Position numbers and translations under genes: made by a program
Assembly (NCBI GenBank): GCA_028712365.1
Contig: JAQTQE010000003.1
Coordinates: 20,173 to 84,172, forward strand
Source of the DNA: a bacterium
GTDB lineage: Bacteria > CAYTYR01 > UBA6262
Reading direction: 5' to 3'
Length of the DNA: 64,000 nt
Notes under the pieces: model-generated
Told to the model about the DNA's origin: nothing
The model's input: the letters and a program-made list of their open reading frames with translations, nothing else
Databases searched by the model: none
Part shown: piece by piece, positions 29,224-38,086 of the stretch
Numbering within the stretch: the first letter of the stretch is position 1
Layout: the number at the start of each line of letters is the position of its first letter

Positions 29224-29883
29224 TTATCCCCTTAACCGTGATAATCTATTTACATCAATGTGCGTAAAAAGCTTATTAATCCTGTACACAAAGAAACCCA
29301 TAATGACCACACTGACGAAAACATCAAAAAAGATGGCTATCTCCACAAAAAACGGCATCCCGCCCAATACTGCAGACGCCAACAGGAATAATCCGTTCTC
29401 CATTACCAGCAAGCCAATGATCTGCGCCATGGCTGTTAACCTGAAGATCATCAGGAACATTCCGGTTAGAAGTATAAAAAAAGCCACGGCCGGAAGAATA
29501 GCCATAGCTTCTGAAAAGGACATAAGCTGCTTACTAAAGACCCAGGACATATAAGCAAAACCCAAAGCTAAAAGTAAGGAAACCTGGATATTCGCTATCA
29601 AGCCAAGATTCTCCCGCACGTTTATTTTTTTCATGGTATATTGTAAAAAATATGGTATCCCTATTACTTTCAGGATAAAGATCAAACCAGCTACGATATA
29701 AAGGCTTGTTTGCTTCTCTTCTAACGCTATAATCAGGGTAGCCAAGAAGAGGAAAAACGATTGGTAACGGAAACTCCTGACCAGTGCCGGAGTTCTTTTG
29801 GCAATAACCATTAAGAAGGTGGCAACTAATAATCCAAATATACTTACTTCCTGCATTCTTTCAACTCCTTGAGATTGTGTCAT
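29224..29883 (-). CDS. HyfE-like small membrane subunit (hydrogenase-4 component E type)
   Basis: About 216 aa with 6-7 TM segments. Its position between the NuoH-like and NuoN-like genes matches the hyf operon. Confidence 0.6.
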   Translation of the reverse strand: MTQSQGVERMQEVSIFGLLVATFLMVIAKRTPALVRSFRYQSFFLFLATLIIALEEKQTSLYIVAGLIFILKVIGIPYFLQYTMKKINVRENLGLIANIQVSLLLALGFAYMSWVFSKQLMSFSEAMAILPAVAFFILLTGMFLMIFRLTAMAQIIGLLVMENGLFLLASAVLGGMPFFVEIAIFFDVFVSVVIMGFFVYRINKLFTHIDVNRLSRLRG

Positions 29884-29955
29884 AACATATTTTTAAAGCG
29901 AGCATATATAATCAATATATGTAAGTTGAAAAAGGTGTTGTGACACAGTCTCAGT

Positions 29956-30828
29956 TCAATATCCGAGCACAGCACATAAAGCAGCAATCGCTGCCAGGAC
30001 AAAACCAAAACCAAAAAAATCAACCGCCCGGAATAACCGCATTTTAGCGACCGCTATTTCTAATAACGATATAACTATGGCCACTAAAATGACCCTGACT
30101 GCATACCAAAATCCCCATAAGATCAATGGCAGACCGGTTATACCAACCGGATCAGCTACCGGCAATAATACCTGGGCTATGATCAAAATCCAGACCATTT
30201 GCCGAATATAGGAAGCTAATTCTATCAGGGCCAGTGAACGACCCGAATATTCCAGGATCATGGCTTCATGGATCATAGTTAATTCCAAATGGGTTTCCTG
30301 GTTGTCTATCGGGATACGCGCTGTTTCCGCGATCATTACCAGGAACAGGGCAACTCCGGCGATAAGAGCGGAAATAGTCGCTAAAGGGAAGCTTTTCCAT
30401 GCCAGCAGGTCAGTAGATCCGCTCTGCAAAGACACGGCAAAACAAGCTAAGCAAGCGACTGGTTCGCTTAAGCTGGAGATAAACATCTCCCGGGAGGAAC
30501 CCATACCACCAAAAGTGCTGCCAGTGTCCAAAGCAGCTAAAGATAAGAAAAAACGGCCCAGGGAAAAAATAAAGATCAGAGCCAGGAATTCACCCAAATA
30601 AAACAATGAGGCCAGAGCTGAAGCAAAGATCACAAAAGGAGCTATCCTGAATATCCAGGAAGCAGTTCCTGAAACTACCTCTCCTTTATTAAAATATTTT
30701 GCCAAATTATAATATGGCTGGAGAATACTTTGCCCCTGGCGCATCCTGAGATCATTCTTGATCTTGGTGATCAATCCACCCAGTAGCGGAGCAATGATTA
30801 TACCCACCAGTATCATTAGTAATTTCAT
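29956..30828 (-). CDS. NuoH/HycD-like membrane subunit
   Basis: N-terminus resembles HycD (…IIAPLLGGLITKIKNDLRMRQGQSILQPYYNLAKYF…). Confidence 0.75.
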   Translation of the reverse strand: MKLLMILVGIIIAPLLGGLITKIKNDLRMRQGQSILQPYYNLAKYFNKGEVVSGTASWIFRIAPFVIFASALASLFYLGEFLALIFIFSLGRFFLSLAALDTGSTFGGMGSSREMFISSLSEPVACLACFAVSLQSGSTDLLAWKSFPLATISALIAGVALFLVMIAETARIPIDNQETHLELTMIHEAMILEYSGRSLALIELASYIRQMVWILIIAQVLLPVADPVGITGLPLILWGFWYAVRVILVAIVISLLEIAVAKMRLFRAVDFFGFGFVLAAIAALCAVLGY

Positions 30829-32673
30829 TTAAAACTTCCTTACGAACAGGATCAATAAAAAAATTGTGATCGCGATGTACGCCAAGTAAACATGAATACT
30901 GCCTGGTTGGATCCTTCTCATGAATCTGGCAGACTTAAAGGTCAAGCCTAAAGCCGGTTCGTATATATACTTCTTAAAAACTAATGTAGTATGGGTTTCA
31001 TAAGTCATGGAGCGGATGTGGTAAAAAGAATCTCCGATTTTTTTGGTAGCCCGGTACGGCCGCAGGAAGAAACTAAAAGCGATCCGGAATGGTTTAGAAA
31101 ATCCGGTAGCCGTATATTCATGACGCTCATCCAGCTGGTAATAGCCGCAATCCCAGGTATTATAAGGTATGCTTGTTTTTTTCCGGAAGGCCCTATACAC
31201 CGCGAAACCCAATAATCCACACAAGATCAGGATGAGCGCTATGATCAATGGGGCTAAGACCGCTTTATTACCAGCCAGAGGTTGGATAGTAATATTATTC
31301 AAGCTAAAGTCCAGGCCAGTAGTATTAACGCCTAAAGAGAACCCGGCAACTTGCGATAAGGGATTAATTATAATCGCGGCTCCCAATCCAAAAATAATGG
31401 TTAATCCCGCCAGGAACAACATGCCTATTCTCATCGATATTGGTACTTCCACTGCTTTGACCGCGTAATCGCTTCTGGGCTTAGCTAAAAAAATTATTCC
31501 AAAAGCCTTAACAAAACAAGCCGCGGCCAAACCGCTGGTTAAAGCCAGCATCGCCGCGCAAAATCCTAAAAATACTTTACCATCCCCGGCAATATGCCAG
31601 GCTCCCATAAAAAACGCCTGCAGAGCCAGCCATTCACTGACAAACCCGTTTAAGGGAGGCAAGGCTGAAATACCCATAGCGCCAATAAGGAAACAAAAAG
31701 CAGTTAACGGCATAGTACGGATCAGGCCCCCTAGTTTTTCCATATTTCTGGTCCCAGTGGCTTTATATACGCTTCCCGCGCATAAAAATAGCAATCCTTT
31801 AAATATGGCATGATTTATTAAATGATATAAACCAGCAAGCAAGGCCAATATGGCCCAATAAGCCATATTTTTACTCATAAAATACATAGCTAACCCTACT
31901 CCGAGCAGGATGATACCGATGTTTTCCACACTGCTATAAGCCAAGAGCTTTTTAAGGTCTTGGTCCATTAAAGCGTAAATCACTCCTACCAGGCAGGAAA
32001 TAATAGCCAAAACCAGAATAAGTGTGCCCCACCATGTATTATTAACACCAAGCAAGTAGAGCACAAACCGGATCAGGCCGTAAATCGCTGTCTTGATCAT
32101 AACCCCGGACATCATGCTGGATATATGGCTGGGTGCCTGGGGATGCGCATAAGGCAGCCATATATGTAAAGGGACAATCCCAGCCTTAGTCCCGAATCCG
32201 ATCAACAAAAAAATGAAAACAATATTTTTAATATACGCAGGCAGGCTTTGGCTGGCCATTTTTACCAGCTTAAAATCAAAAGAGTGCGCGTGTTTATATA
32301 AAATTAAAAAAGCGGCTATTAAAAAAGCAGTGCCTGCATGCGTCATGACCACGTAAATTGTCCCTGCTCGTATTGACTTTTCATGTTCAGAATCAAACAC
32401 CACCAGGAAATATGAAAGCAGGGACATTATTTCCCAGGCAACAAGAAAAGCCAGCATATTACTGACCGTGACTACAACCAGCATAGACAAGACAAACAAA
32501 AAGGTCAGAATTTGCCCTATTAATATTTTAGCCGGGGAATATTCTTTTTTAAGATAGCCGAACGAATAGACAAACGAAGGTATGGTAACAATAAGGATTG
32601 TAGCCAAGAAGAAGAGCGAAAGTGGATCTATGGGGAATAAAATAATATTATTAAAAAGATTACTCATAGACAT
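30829..32673 (-). CDS. NuoL/HyfB-like antiporter-type membrane subunit
   Basis: 614 aa, about 16 TM segments, WLPYAHPQAPSHISSMMSG motif. Confidence 0.75.
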   Translation of the reverse strand: MSMSNLFNNIILFPIDPLSLFFLATILIVTIPSFVYSFGYLKKEYSPAKILIGQILTFLFVLSMLVVVTVSNMLAFLVAWEIMSLLSYFLVVFDSEHEKSIRAGTIYVVMTHAGTAFLIAAFLILYKHAHSFDFKLVKMASQSLPAYIKNIVFIFLLIGFGTKAGIVPLHIWLPYAHPQAPSHISSMMSGVMIKTAIYGLIRFVLYLLGVNNTWWGTLILVLAIISCLVGVIYALMDQDLKKLLAYSSVENIGIILLGVGLAMYFMSKNMAYWAILALLAGLYHLINHAIFKGLLFLCAGSVYKATGTRNMEKLGGLIRTMPLTAFCFLIGAMGISALPPLNGFVSEWLALQAFFMGAWHIAGDGKVFLGFCAAMLALTSGLAAACFVKAFGIIFLAKPRSDYAVKAVEVPISMRIGMLFLAGLTIIFGLGAAIIINPLSQVAGFSLGVNTTGLDFSLNNITIQPLAGNKAVLAPLIIALILILCGLLGFAVYRAFRKKTSIPYNTWDCGYYQLDERHEYTATGFSKPFRIAFSFFLRPYRATKKIGDSFYHIRSMTYETHTTLVFKKYIYEPALGLTFKSARFMRRIQPGSIHVYLAYIAITIFLLILFVRKF

Positions 32674-32782
32674 AAATGAAATAAAGACCCCCGCCTGCTT
32701 CTAAAAAGGAGTCTTTAGATATATTAAATAATACTCGTTTTCTGGTGTTTTTGCAAGACTTTTATTTAGGTCTGGGGATCCC

Positions 32783-33493
32783 TTACTTCGTCGGCTGCTT
32801 TATTTTCTTTTCCAAGGTATCCACCAGAGAAGAAACCAGGTATTCGGCTGCTGTCTGGATGTTGGTCCCCTCATAGGTATCAGAGGCGATCCAGATAACT
32901 TCTCCTGTTTTGACATCGATCATTTTAGCGGTAATACCTATCTCGGCATCTATGATATGAGTAACGGGAGTGTCCTGCTCATTGAACGTACGAGTCACTG
33001 TTTTCTGGGTTTCATTATAATATTCTTGGTTAGTTTGGCCTTCACTTTTATTAGGCTTTGGTCTTTTTACAGTATTATAAGTAGTATTAGTATTGAATGA
33101 TGTTTCATTAACTAAGACGACTTCCTTTCTGGCCGGTGTATATACTGGGACCGATCCTGTAATAATCGCGTCAACTCCGGATACTTTCCCAATCGTTCTT
33201 AGCTGGTCATTGCTGATTGCGCCAACTGTATCCAGTTTTTGCTCCGCTAATACTTTTGCCAGATCATTCCTCTCGACTACATCATATCCTGTCCGCAGAA
33301 GATTCTTGGCAAATATATCGGCAACCATTACTCCGGAGTTTGGATTATCAGGGGATGGATTGAATGCCAGGACCGCGACTTTTTTTACCTGAGTAAAATC
33401 ATACCCGCTTTTAATGGCAATATTCGATGTCGCGCATGATATAGTCAAACAGGTCAAAAGCAATATAAGGATGAGAGAAAGTTTACTTTTCAC
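32783..33493 (-). CDS. Lipoprotein of unknown function
   Basis: Signal peptide + lipobox (LTISCATSN). Confidence 0.5.
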   Translation of the reverse strand: MKSKLSLILILLLTCLTISCATSNIAIKSGYDFTQVKKVAVLAFNPSPDNPNSGVMVADIFAKNLLRTGYDVVERNDLAKVLAEQKLDTVGAISNDQLRTIGKVSGVDAIITGSVPVYTPARKEVVLVNETSFNTNTTYNTVKRPKPNKSEGQTNQEYYNETQKTVTRTFNEQDTPVTHIIDAEIGITAKMIDVKTGEVIWIASDTYEGTNIQTAAEYLVSSLVDTLEKKIKQPTK

Positions 33494-33986
33494 TTAGTTC
33501 CTCTTTTAATAAACTAATATGCTTTTCGGCGATCTCAATCTTGCTCTTATCCCTTTTATCAGCATCAGCGAACTTTATAAAGTCTTGCCAGGAAGATAAG
33601 GCCTTAGTTTTTAGCGCTCTAACTTGCTGGGGATCTTTTTCTGATAGGGCTTTGGCTTCATAGATCAGCCCGGTGAAATAATAAGGCATTCCTTTAGTCG
33701 GATCCAGGGTTTCAGTAGTAATAAACTCTTTAAGCGCTTCATCATACCGGCCGCTGCTATAATACGCCAATCCCAGATGGAAATGGATCGCCGGATTTTT
33801 CATATAATCGTCTTTTTTCAATAGCTCGCTAAATATAATGATCGCGCCCTGGTAATCACCGCTCTTAGAAAGCCGAATCGCTTCTCTGACGGAATTAATA
33901 TCATTATCTTCACCAGATAAAGCCAGCGGCAACAGCAGCAGGCACATTATCAGCACAATTTTTATTATTTTGGTTTTTTTAAACAT
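33483..33986 (-). CDS. Exported TPR-repeat protein
   Basis: Signal peptide; TPR consensus repeats. Confidence 0.6.
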   Translation of the reverse strand: MFKKTKIIKIVLIMCLLLLPLALSGEDNDINSVREAIRLSKSGDYQGAIIIFSELLKKDDYMKNPAIHFHLGLAYYSSGRYDEALKEFITTETLDPTKGMPYYFTGLIYEAKALSEKDPQQVRALKTKALSSWQDFIKFADADKRDKSKIEIAEKHISLLKEELSEK

Positions 33987-34133
33987 CTATTTACTCCTAA
34001 CAGACTTGTTATCCTTTAATAGCATCCTACTGCAACCATTCTGCTTTGTCAAGGTTACTGTTTAAAAATTAGACAATAGTGGCGCGTAAATAGTTGCTTA
34101 AAACAAAAAACTCCCGCGTTTTACTGCAGGAGT

Positions 34134-34412
34134 TTAAGTTCTCTTTTTGCTTAGTCTTTTGAGTTCTTTTATATCGCCTTTTATCAACTCAAGTTTTTTC
34201 AGCTTACTCCATCTTTTAATCTGTCTTTCTCTATCATATGCTTGTAGTTCTTCGTCGAAATGTTCTGTATAGATAATTTTATTAGGCTTGCTGCTCTTTG
34301 TATACCCTCCGCCCTTACCAGAAACATGTTCTTGAAATCTTCTTTTTAAATTCCCAGTAACTCCGGTGTAATACTTTCCATTTCCACATTCAAGAATATA
34401 CAAATACCACAT
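34134..34412 (-). CDS. Small GIY-YIG nuclease-family protein (YhbQ/UPF0213-like)
   Basis: WYLYILECGNGKYYTGVTGNLKRRFQEH…RERQIKRWSKLKKLELI fits the ~95-aa stand-alone GIY-YIG family. Confidence 0.75.
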   Translation of the reverse strand: MWYLYILECGNGKYYTGVTGNLKRRFQEHVSGKGGGYTKSSKPNKIIYTEHFDEELQAYDRERQIKRWSKLKKLELIKGDIKELKRLSKKRT

Positions 34413-34527
34413 AATTTATGTACCCTTCGATGCGTTCGTTCCTCTCACTTACTCAGGGTAGTTCGACGAAATGCTTGTAGTGAGCAAAGAGGGTGGTCAA
34501 TTAAATGACCACCCTCTGCGTCGAACT

Positions 34528-34848
34528 ACTGCCTGGGTAGGACTCGAACCTACAACCTAGCGGTTACAAGTATCCTCTGAGTTTCTTCAGAGCTTGGACT
34601 ATCTCATTCTCTTGTCCGAATGATCCCGGATTTAGAGAGTGGGCGCTTCCCCTAAATATTTCTAGAGTACTCCCTTGCGGGATAGTCTCTGCGCCTTCTC
34701 CGATTTTCCTTCGGAGCTTGGCTCAGGGTTACCTTACACCTTCCGGCAATCAGGGTTCCCTGAATTCACCCACTTTTTCAACCACGATTTCTCGTGGAAG
34801 CTGCAATTTTAATCACAGCCGCTCGCTCCACCATTGAGCTACCAGGCA
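34528..34848 (-). tRNA. tRNA-Asn(GUU) interrupted in the anticodon loop by a group I intron (exons 34815-34848 and 34528-34565)
   Basis: 5' exon UGCCUGG-UA-GCUC-AAUGGUG-GAGC-G-AGCGG-CUGU; 3' exon UAA-CCGCU-AGGUU-GUAGG-UUCGAGU-CCUAC-CCAGGCA-G. Joined, this gives a cloverleaf with loop CUGUUAA (GUU), U1:A72 and discriminator G73 as in bacterial tRNA-Asn. Confidence 0.7.
34566..34814 (-). ncRNA. Group I intron (249 nt, no ORF) within tRNA-Asn
   Basis: Splice site follows U (…GCUGU|), and the IGS GCAGC pairs with exon GCUGU including a U·G wobble. P2 hairpin CCACGAGAAATCGTGG. R element GCGCAGAGACTA and S element GAGATAGTCC form P7. P9 hairpin CTCTGAAGAAACTCAGAG. Terminal ωG. Confidence 0.65.
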
Positions 34849-34899
34849 ATCTCGTTATACATATCACTTTCACTTATGCTTATTACTTTTATTTTAGAA

Positions 34900-35841
34900 C
34901 TATACACCTGCTTTATTCGAGCATTCTTCCATCATTTGCAGCCAAGCCCAGTTTTCGTCAATATTCTTCTGGATCTCCGCTACTATACCAGCATTTTCCG
35001 GACGTAACAGATGCTTAAATCTTGTTTGCAGTTTTAAATATTCGGTTATCGGCTTCTTTTCTTTCGGTTTTACATTAATTTTGTATTTACCATCGACTAC
35101 TTCATAGATCGGCCAGAAACATGTCTCTACTGCGAGTCGACCCAAGACCGCTGTGTCTGCCGGATTATAACCCCAGCCCAAACGGCATGGCTGCAAGACA
35201 TTTATAAAAGTAGGCCCATCTGTTTCCAAAGCTTTTTGTACTTTAGTGGTAAGATCGTTCCAGTAGCCAACCGCAGTTTGGCCGACATAAGGAATATTAT
35301 GCGCGACCATGACTTTAGTCAAATCTTTCTTGATCTGTTCCTTCCCTTTTTTCACTTTGCCTACCGGGGAAGTGGAAGCATACGCTCCCAGGGGAGTAGC
35401 TGATGATCTTTGTATACCGGTATTCATATAGGCTTCATTATTATAACAAACATACAGCATCCTGTGCCTGCGTTCCATTGCCCCGGATAATGACTGGAAT
35501 CCTATATCATACGTGCCGCCATCACCGCCGAAGGTAATAAAACGAATATCCTTGTCAACTTTCCCTGTTCTCTTTAAAGCTTTATACGCTGCCTCCATAC
35601 CACTGCAAGAAGCCGCCGCGTTTTCAAACGCACTATGGAACCATGAGGTTTTCCAAGCGCTGAACGGGTAAATGGTGGTAGATACTTCCAGGCAACCGGT
35701 AGCATTAGCTACGACCACTGGCTTATCTGCTGCCGCCATCATTACCTGCCGGGCAATTATTCCCGCGCCGCAACCAGCGCAAAGCCTATGCCCGCCACTG
35801 AGTAATTCCGGCCTTTTAGATAATTCTTTTAGATTTGCCAT
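34900..35841 (-). CDS. porB: 2-Oxoacid (pyruvate/ketoisovalerate):ferredoxin oxidoreductase, β subunit (TPP-binding)
   Basis: CAGCG…GDGG TPP-binding motifs; four-gene γ-δ-α-β operon. Confidence 0.85.
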   Translation of the reverse strand: MANLKELSKRPELLSGGHRLCAGCGAGIIARQVMMAAADKPVVVANATGCLEVSTTIYPFSAWKTSWFHSAFENAAASCSGMEAAYKALKRTGKVDKDIRFITFGGDGGTYDIGFQSLSGAMERRHRMLYVCYNNEAYMNTGIQRSSATPLGAYASTSPVGKVKKGKEQIKKDLTKVMVAHNIPYVGQTAVGYWNDLTTKVQKALETDGPTFINVLQPCRLGWGYNPADTAVLGRLAVETCFWPIYEVVDGKYKINVKPKEKKPITEYLKLQTRFKHLLRPENAGIVAEIQKNIDENWAWLQMMEECSNKAGV

Positions 35842-35875
35842 TATTTTAAATCCTCCTTAAGATTGCACAGTCTTA

Positions 35876-37054
35876 CTACTCCCTGACGCCGATATATTTC
35901 GTATTAGTATCTGTCTTACCGCTTAATAATTCCTGATAGATATCAGTGATCATTTCTACGGTGATATCCCGGCCGCCTAAACCATAGACATAACTGGCGA
36001 TCTTTGGTTTCTTGTCCAATTCGTACAAGCAAGACCGTACTTCAGAACAAACTGGCGGAACGTAACCATTATATCCGTCATGCCGGTCCATTACGCCAAC
36101 TACTTTGACATTTTTTAATGCTTCCCTGATATCATCAAAGGGGAATGGACGAAAAACTCTTATTTTAAGCATGCCTATTTTCTTGCCTTGTTTTCTCATT
36201 TCATCTATAACCACTTTTGCCGTACCGGCAGTTGAGCCGAGGACAACGATCGCGGCCTCAGCGTCTTCTAATTTATAGGTTTCGATCATATCATAACTGC
36301 GACCGAATTTCTGCCCGAATTCTTTGCCAATTTCCTTGATCACTTTGGTAGCCTTGCGCATCGCTTCGATCTCTTGCCGTTTGTGTTCAAAATAATAATC
36401 CTGGAGGTCTATCGCCCCCAGGGTGAAAGGATGATCCACGTCCAGTAGCCAGTTTTTTGGTTTATATGAACCAACGAATTCTTTTACTTGCTCGTCTGGC
36501 AGCATTTCAATAGCTTCCATGCAATGGCTGATAATGAATCCGTCCGTAGATACGGTAGCTGGCAAGAGCACGTCAGGATGTTCACATATTCTAACTGCCT
36601 GGATCATGCTGTCATACGCTTCCTGTGAGTTTTCACAATAGATCTGCAAAAATCCGGAATCACGCGCGCCCATAGTGTCGCTCTGGTCCCCATGGATATT
36701 GATCGGCGCGGACAAAGCGCGGTTAACTTCAGCGATTACGATCGGCAGCCTTAATCCAGCGGCAATATACATCATTTCATACATGAGTGCCAGCCCTTGG
36801 CTGGAAGTACCAGTCATAGCCCTGGCTCCGGCCGCTGAAGCACCGATACAGGCGCTCAAAGCGCTGTGTTCGCTTTCTACAGCGACGAATTCCGTGTTAA
36901 CTAATCCATCAGCCACGAACTGCGAAAAAATCTGCACTATTTCAGTGGCTGGAGTGATCGGATATGCTGCTACTACGTCAGGATTGATCTGGCGCATGGC
37001 CTCAGCCATGGCTTCATTTCCTGTTTTTGCTTTTAAATTCTTTTTTTCTGGCAT
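35876..37054 (-). CDS. porA: 2-Oxoacid:ferredoxin oxidoreductase, α subunit
   Basis: N-terminus GNEAMAEAMRQINPDVVAAYPITPATE is typical of PorA/VorA. Confidence 0.85.
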   Translation of the reverse strand: MPEKKNLKAKTGNEAMAEAMRQINPDVVAAYPITPATEIVQIFSQFVADGLVNTEFVAVESEHSALSACIGASAAGARAMTGTSSQGLALMYEMMYIAAGLRLPIVIAEVNRALSAPINIHGDQSDTMGARDSGFLQIYCENSQEAYDSMIQAVRICEHPDVLLPATVSTDGFIISHCMEAIEMLPDEQVKEFVGSYKPKNWLLDVDHPFTLGAIDLQDYYFEHKRQEIEAMRKATKVIKEIGKEFGQKFGRSYDMIETYKLEDAEAAIVVLGSTAGTAKVVIDEMRKQGKKIGMLKIRVFRPFPFDDIREALKNVKVVGVMDRHDGYNGYVPPVCSEVRSCLYELDKKPKIASYVYGLGGRDITVEMITDIYQELLSGKTDTNTKYIGVRE

Positions 37055-37071
37055 TATATTATATCCTCCAT

Positions 37072-37380
37072 TTACTTCTTCTCGGCTTCCATCTTAATGG
37101 CTTTATTGCCTTTTTTCCCCGGGCACTCTGTCGCGCATATACCGCAACCTTTGCAATGTTTATAATCAAATCCTGTCATCTGGCCATCTTTAACAATGAC
37201 CGATGAATCCGGGCAATAGACCCAGCAAAATAAGCATTGGATACAGTTTTCAGGGATCCATACCGGCTTTTCACTGCGCCAATCACCGGTTTCAAACGCT
37301 GCCGCGCTGCCAGCTTCCAGGTAGTCACAGGCTGGCAAGTCTTTCCAGCCTTTTTTCTTTTCTACTTTAATATCTGCCAT
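37072..37380 (-). CDS. porD: 2-Oxoacid:ferredoxin oxidoreductase, δ subunit (2×[4Fe-4S] ferredoxin)
   Basis: CIQCLFCWVYCP and CKGCGICATECP motifs. Confidence 0.8.
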   Translation of the reverse strand: MADIKVEKKKGWKDLPACDYLEAGSAAAFETGDWRSEKPVWIPENCIQCLFCWVYCPDSSVIVKDGQMTGFDYKHCKGCGICATECPGKKGNKAIKMEAEKK

Positions 37381-37384
37381 ATAT

Positions 37385-37966
37385 TTACTCCTCGCCTTTC
37401 ACTTCTTGGTATGCCCGTTGAATGGATTTAATATTACCTTCCACTATTTCTGGACGATTCTTAAATTTAGCTGTCAATTTCTTGCGGTTATCTTCCACCA
37501 TGCGCTCAAAATTGATCAAGCCGGTTACTTTGGCCAATGCTCCTAACATAGGAGTATTGGGAATGTCTTTACCAATAGTCTCACGTGAAATCGCTGAAGC
37601 GTCAACAGTATATACTTTACCTTTGGTCAATCCCAGCTTCGCTTTGATGTCTTTTGGCGTTTCACTGGTATTAATAATGATCGCCCCATCATCAGGCAAT
37701 CCCTGGGTTACGTCTACCTTGCCGATCAAAGTAGGGTCCAGCACTACCACTACACTGGGATTAGTAACTCCGCAATGAATAGTGATCGGTTCATTACTCA
37801 ACCGGTCAAAGGACTGCACCGGAGCGCCCATACGTTCCGGGCCGTATTCCGGAAAAGCTTGAATATACAAGCCTTCTCCCAACGCTGCATCAGCAAACAA
37901 CAAGGCCGCTGTTTTAGCACCTTGTCCGCCACGCCCATGCCAGCGGATTTCTGTTAACTTGCCCAT
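37385..37966 (-). CDS. porG: 2-Oxoacid:ferredoxin oxidoreductase, γ subunit
   Basis: PorG-like pattern EIRWHGRGGQGAKTAA…. Confidence 0.8.
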   Translation of the reverse strand: MGKLTEIRWHGRGGQGAKTAALLFADAALGEGLYIQAFPEYGPERMGAPVQSFDRLSNEPITIHCGVTNPSVVVVLDPTLIGKVDVTQGLPDDGAIIINTSETPKDIKAKLGLTKGKVYTVDASAISRETIGKDIPNTPMLGALAKVTGLINFERMVEDNRKKLTAKFKNRPEIVEGNIKSIQRAYQEVKGEE

Positions 37967-38086
37967 ACTTCTGCTCCTTTTGGTGTTTTAATATAATGAA
38001 ATAGGCCTCTGATAGATTAACAACCAGAGACCCTGAGGAAACTACTTAAGTATATCAGCTTTTACTTACTTTGTCAAGTTCTACTA

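Noticed and set aside
34794-35018. 74-aa + strand ORF
   Set aside because: It overlaps the tRNA-Asn 5' exon and the porB 3' end on the opposite strand.
36675-37097. 140-aa + strand ORF
   Set aside because: It is antisense within porA and has low-complexity Ala/Ser-rich content.
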